Of a stretch of DNA of 64,000 bases, positions 60,592 through 64,000 are shown piece after piece (positions within the stretch are counted from its first letter, which is position 1; each line of letters opens with the position of its first letter). The notes beneath the pieces were generated by a model. The model had not been told where the DNA came from, ran no database searches, and worked only from the letters and a program-made list of their open reading frames with translations. The translations under genes and the position numbers were made by a program. The DNA is taken from assembly GCA_913052565.1 (NCBI GenBank), contig CAJXFH010000002.1, forward strand, positions 39,324 to 103,323, written 5' to 3'. This stretch comes from an uncultured Gammaproteobacteria bacterium (lineage in GTDB: Bacteria > Pseudomonadota > Gammaproteobacteria > Magnimaribacterales > TMED112).

Positions 60592-61714
60592 AATTAAAAT
60601 TTACATATTATTATTTTTAGCTACTTCGTTATTGGCTATTCCAAATCCACCTGATCTTGGTGTCGGCAGCTATATTCTTTACGAACCAAATACAAAAAAA
60701 ATATTAGTGAGTTACAACTCTGATGAACCTGTAGAGCCGGCAAGCTTAACAAAGTTAATGACTAGTTACGTTGTTGCTGATTACTTAAAGGAAGATTTTA
60801 TTAATATAACTGACGAACCAAAAATCTCGGTTAAAGCTTGGAAAACTAAAGGTTCTAGAATGTTCATTAGAGAGGGTACAAATGTAAGAGTTTCAGACCT
60901 TATTAAAGGAATGATCATTCAATCTGGTAATGATGCAAGCGTAGCTTTAGCAGAACATGTAGCAGGTAGTGAGGATAATTTTGCTTATTTGATGAATGAG
61001 TATGCTTCTGAGTTGGGAATGGCAAATACATCTTTTAATAATGCGACTGGACTACCAGACCCATTAAATGTTACTTCTGCTTATGACTTAGCTTTATTAA
61101 CAAGCGCACTTATAAATGATTTTCCAGAGCACTATAAATATTATTCTCAAAAATCTTTTACTTACAATGGAATTAAACAGTCAAATAGAAACAGGCTTTT
61201 ATGGCGTGATGAAATTTTTGACGGTGTAAAAACAGGTTATACCCAGTCTGCTGGGTATTGTCTTGTCGGTTCGGCCATCAGAGGAGATATGCGTCTTGTT
61301 GCAGTAGTACTAGGGAGCGAAGATGATAAAAGATTTAATGATGTCTCTCTTTTGATGACTTATGGCTTCAGATATTTCACAACAGAGAAGTTATTTTCAA
61401 AAGAAGAACCAATTCAAGATGTGAAGGTTGTAGCTGGCAAGTCTGAAACTGTAAAAGTTGGAACAAAAGATGACATAATTTTAACCCTACAGAAAGATCT
61501 GAGAGACAATATAAGATATGAAGTTTCAGTAGGATCACAAACATTGGCACCAATAGAAGCAATGACAACTGCTGGAACATTAAAAGTTTTAGATAGTGAA
61601 AACAATGTTTTAGTTGAAACAGAAATAGTCTTTCTAGAGTCAGTAGAAGAATTAGGTTTCTTTCAAAGACTGCTGGCTATTATATGGAACTGGATTCAAT
61701 CTCTTTTTAATTAA
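60584..61714 (+). CDS. dacA: D-alanyl-D-alanine carboxypeptidase (PBP5/6 family)
   Basis: EPVEPASLTKLMTSYV, IQSGNDASVALAEHVAGS, TNFNNATGLPDP-like, DGVKTGYTQSAGYCLVGSA. Confidence 0.93.
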   Translation: MNKIKIYILLFLATSLLAIPNPPDLGVGSYILYEPNTKKILVSYNSDEPVEPASLTKLMTSYVVADYLKEDFINITDEPKISVKAWKTKGSRMFIREGTNVRVSDLIKGMIIQSGNDASVALAEHVAGSEDNFAYLMNEYASELGMANTSFNNATGLPDPLNVTSAYDLALLTSALINDFPEHYKYYSQKSFTYNGIKQSNRNRLLWRDEIFDGVKTGYTQSAGYCLVGSAIRGDMRLVAVVLGSEDDKRFNDVSLLMTYGFRYFTTEKLFSKEEPIQDVKVVAGKSETVKVGTKDDIILTLQKDLRDNIRYEVSVGSQTLAPIEAMTTAGTLKVLDSENNVLVETEIVFLESVEELGFFQRLLAIIWNWIQSLFN

Positions 61715-62667
61715 ACAGCAAGCTCCAACACAATATTTTTCGCATCAAGCCATGGGTCACCTTTTACGTAGCCCTTAAATTTTTTATCTGCTGAATCAAG
61801 CTGATTTGAAAGCTCTTCAAGTTTAAAGTTTGAAACTTTTTTTGATATTGCCATGTACCATTTTACTTGACTGTCCCAAATGCCCAGAGTTTTTAAATTT
61901 TTATTTTGTTTCAAATATTTAAGAGCACTTAAATCTCTAGCTAAGATCCAAATTAATAGAGCAATTGAGTTTCTATCATTGTTCTTCATTGAAATAACAA
62001 TCTCCAATGCAGAAGATGCATTGCCCTTACTCAAATACTCGATCAACTTATAATTATTTTTGGAACCACTGTTACTAAAGACATTGATTGCCTCTGACTC
62101 ATTTTGAATATTCAGAATTTCTAAGATCTCGAGATCATTTATTAGCGCACTAAAGTTATTCTCATACATTTCTAATAAATTCTGAATGTATTCCGAACCA
62201 GATAAGTTTTTAGGCAGATTATTTTTCAAATATGATGTGATTTCTGAATCATACGGAGCAAAACAATCTATGACACAAACATTTGAATCAATAAGAGGGA
62301 GCAGCTCTTTTTCAATTGTTTTTTTTGTAAGATTTTGTGTTTCTACAACTAATATATTTTCTGTTTCAAAACTGAATATTTTTGAGAATGATTCTTTTAA
62401 ATCTTTATTCAATCTGTTTTTTGATAAATTGATTGAAACAATTTTCTTTTCATTAAATAGGCTATTAGTAATTAGGCATTGTTCAAATTCATTTAAAAAA
62501 TTTTCATTTTCTAGATCAAGGGCAACTTTCTCGAGCATCTTTAAATCCATATCTTTTAAAAAATGGGACCTAGCCTTTTGATTCAATATATGTTCATCAC
62601 CAAAGATAAAAAATTTATTTAAGCTTGGTGGCTCATTGAGTAGGAAATTTATAGCTTTAGTGATCAC
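61711..62667 (-). CDS. holA: DNA polymerase III delta subunit
   Basis: FFIFGDEHILNQKARSHFLKD, NKRLNKDLKE, LIEYLSKGNASSALEIVISMKNNDRNSIALLIWILARDL. Follows leuS-lptE. Confidence 0.85.
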   Translation of the reverse strand: MITKAINFLLNEPPSLNKFFIFGDEHILNQKARSHFLKDMDLKMLEKVALDLENENFLNEFEQCLITNSLFNEKKIVSINLSKNRLNKDLKESFSKIFSFETENILVVETQNLTKKTIEKELLPLIDSNVCVIDCFAPYDSEITSYLKNNLPKNLSGSEYIQNLLEMYENNFSALINDLEILEILNIQNESEAINVFSNSGSKNNYKLIEYLSKGNASSALEIVISMKNNDRNSIALLIWILARDLSALKYLKQNKNLKTLGIWDSQVKWYMAISKKVSNFKLEELSNQLDSADKKFKGYVKGDPWLDAKNIVLELAV

Positions 62668-63050
62668 TATTCAAATAACTTGCAGACTTTTTCGATCAAA
62701 ATTGATTTTATTCTTTTTCTTTCTGAATCAGCCATGTTGCTTGAGATATAGTTGTTAGTATTCATTTGCATTGACATTAGCATCCTAGGCTTTGCATCAT
62801 CATTTTTTGCAGATACCTTTAGTATGTATTTAGTATTAAATTCCAAACCTCGATCATTAATATTTTCAGCGAAACCTTCGAAGGTTAAATTAGTGAGCTC
62901 GATTGTAGAATCCTTGTTCATAAGACATTTCTTAAATAAAAATTTCTCTTCACTGGAAAATGAATCATCAAAAGAAACATGATCAGATTTTATCGAAAGA
63001 TTAGTACAAGAACTTACAAGAAGAATTGCTAGAAAGCTACGAATGAACAA
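62667..63050 (-). CDS. lptE: LptE-like lipoprotein
   Basis: FLAILLVSSC lipobox-like start and position between leuS and holA. Weak direct sequence similarity. Confidence 0.6.
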   Translation of the reverse strand: MFIRSFLAILLVSSCTNLSIKSDHVSFDDSFSSEEKFLFKKCLMNKDSTIELTNLTFEGFAENINDRGLEFNTKYILKVSAKNDDAKPRMLMSMQMNTNNYISSNMADSERKRIKSILIEKVCKLFE

Positions 63051-64000
63051 AATTAATTAACTTATCCTTTATAAATATAACTTTGATTATATCCTTCTTT
63101 TCTAAATGTCTTGCTACATTTTCATTTTTCATCGCAATCTCTTTTATAGCAATTTCCTCTAATCCTGTTTTCACTACAATATTAGCTCTTACCTTTCCAT
63201 TAACTTGTACTAGGAAATTTGTATCTGATGATTTTTTGACGAAAAAACTATCTGCTGGCCATGATATGTCCTGTGGATTTTTCTTGAGTATATTTTGAAA
63301 TAGATTCTCTGTTATATGAGGAGCGATAGGATTAAGCGCAGTTAAAAGAAACTCATATGTTTCAAAAATGTCGCTTCTTGAAGCATTTACTTTTTCATCA
63401 TCAATTCTTTTATTGATGTTATTTAAAATTTCCATGCAAGAGGATACTACAGTATTGAGATTTAACCTTTTTTCATAATCATCATTAATCTTAATAAATA
63501 AATCTTTGCATTCTTCGCATAAGGAACTCTTGCTATCTATGAATTGTGATTCTTCAATTTGATTTAATTTAAATGAAAGAGCCCAAAGTCTTTTTAGAAA
63601 CTTGTAGCAACCCTCTAGACCATTATCTGACCATTCAAGTGATTGTTCAGGTGGGCTAGCAAAAATCATGAACGTTCTAATCGCGTCAGCGCCATAATTT
63701 TCTATATAACTTTGAGGGTCAACAGTATTGCCTTTTGATTTTGACATTTTTGCACCATCTTTTAACACCATGCCCTGCGTTAAAAGTTTTTTGAAAGGTT
63801 CATCACCTTTCACTAAGCCCATATCTCTTAAAGCTTTGTGAAAAAAACGTGAATATAGTAAGTGCAAAATTGCATGCTCAACCCCGCCAATATATAAGTC
63901 AACAGGAAGCCAATAATCTGTATTCTCATCAAAGGCTTTTTCATTATTCTGTGCAGACGTATATCTTGCAAAATACCAGGAAGATTCCATAAAAGTGTCA
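63037..64000 (-). CDS. leuS: Leucyl-tRNA synthetase, C-terminal part (truncated by window edge)
   Basis: MESSWYFARYTSAQNNEKAF...YIGGVEHAILHLLYSRFFHKAL...LTQGMVLKDGAKMSKSKGNTVDPQSYIENYGADAIRTFMIFASPPEQSLEWSDNG. Confidence 0.97.
   Translation of the reverse strand, partial: DTFMESSWYFARYTSAQNNEKAFDENTDYWLPVDLYIGGVEHAILHLLYSRFFHKALRDMGLVKGDEPFKKLLTQGMVLKDGAKMSKSKGNTVDPQSYIENYGADAIRTFMIFASPPEQSLEWSDNGLEGCYKFLKRLWALSFKLNQIEESQFIDSKSSLCEECKDLFIKINDDYEKRLNLNTVVSSCMEILNNINKRIDDEKVNASRSDIFETYEFLLTALNPIAPHITENLFQNILKKNPQDISWPADSFFVKKSSDTNFLVQVNGKVRANIVVKTGLEEIAIKEIAMKNENVARHLEKKDIIKVIFIKDKLINFVHS

Overview
The window is 64 kb of AT-rich, gene-dense gammaproteobacterial chromosome. The compact architecture suggests a streamlined marine lineage of SAR86 type, but that is inference only. 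Nearly all of it is housekeeping sequence in recognisable syntenic blocks: pgk-fba; tatABC-ubiB-ubiE; miaB-ybeZ-ybeY-corC-lnt; fau-6S RNA-zapA; cca-apaH-rsmA-pdxA-surA-lptD; amgK-murU; fis-purH-purD; gshB-ruvX-dnaG-rpoD-tRNA(CAU); and mpl-rsfS-rlmH-mrdA-mrdB-mltB-dac facing leuS-lptE-holA. I found no CRISPR array, transposase, prophage or recognisable defence island. The observations most worth following up are: (1) an unlisted 46-aa basic ORF overlapping the end of tatC that resembles the ribosome-rescue factor ArfA; (2) a 6S RNA between zapA and fau; (3) a two-hairpin RNA element with a plausible promoter, directly upstream of a 27-codon putative membrane micropeptide; (4) a compact c-di-GMP/phosphorelay locus (EAL, HisKA-REC-GGDEF without an ATPase domain, single REC, large hybrid kinase); (5) a signal peptide overprinted on the 3' end of rpe; (6) tail-to-tail overlap of most convergent gene pairs; and (7) a DFG-to-DYA change in UbiB. 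I do not see convincing evidence for a wholly new multi-gene system. The strongest novelty candidates are the RNA/micropeptide element and the signalling locus.
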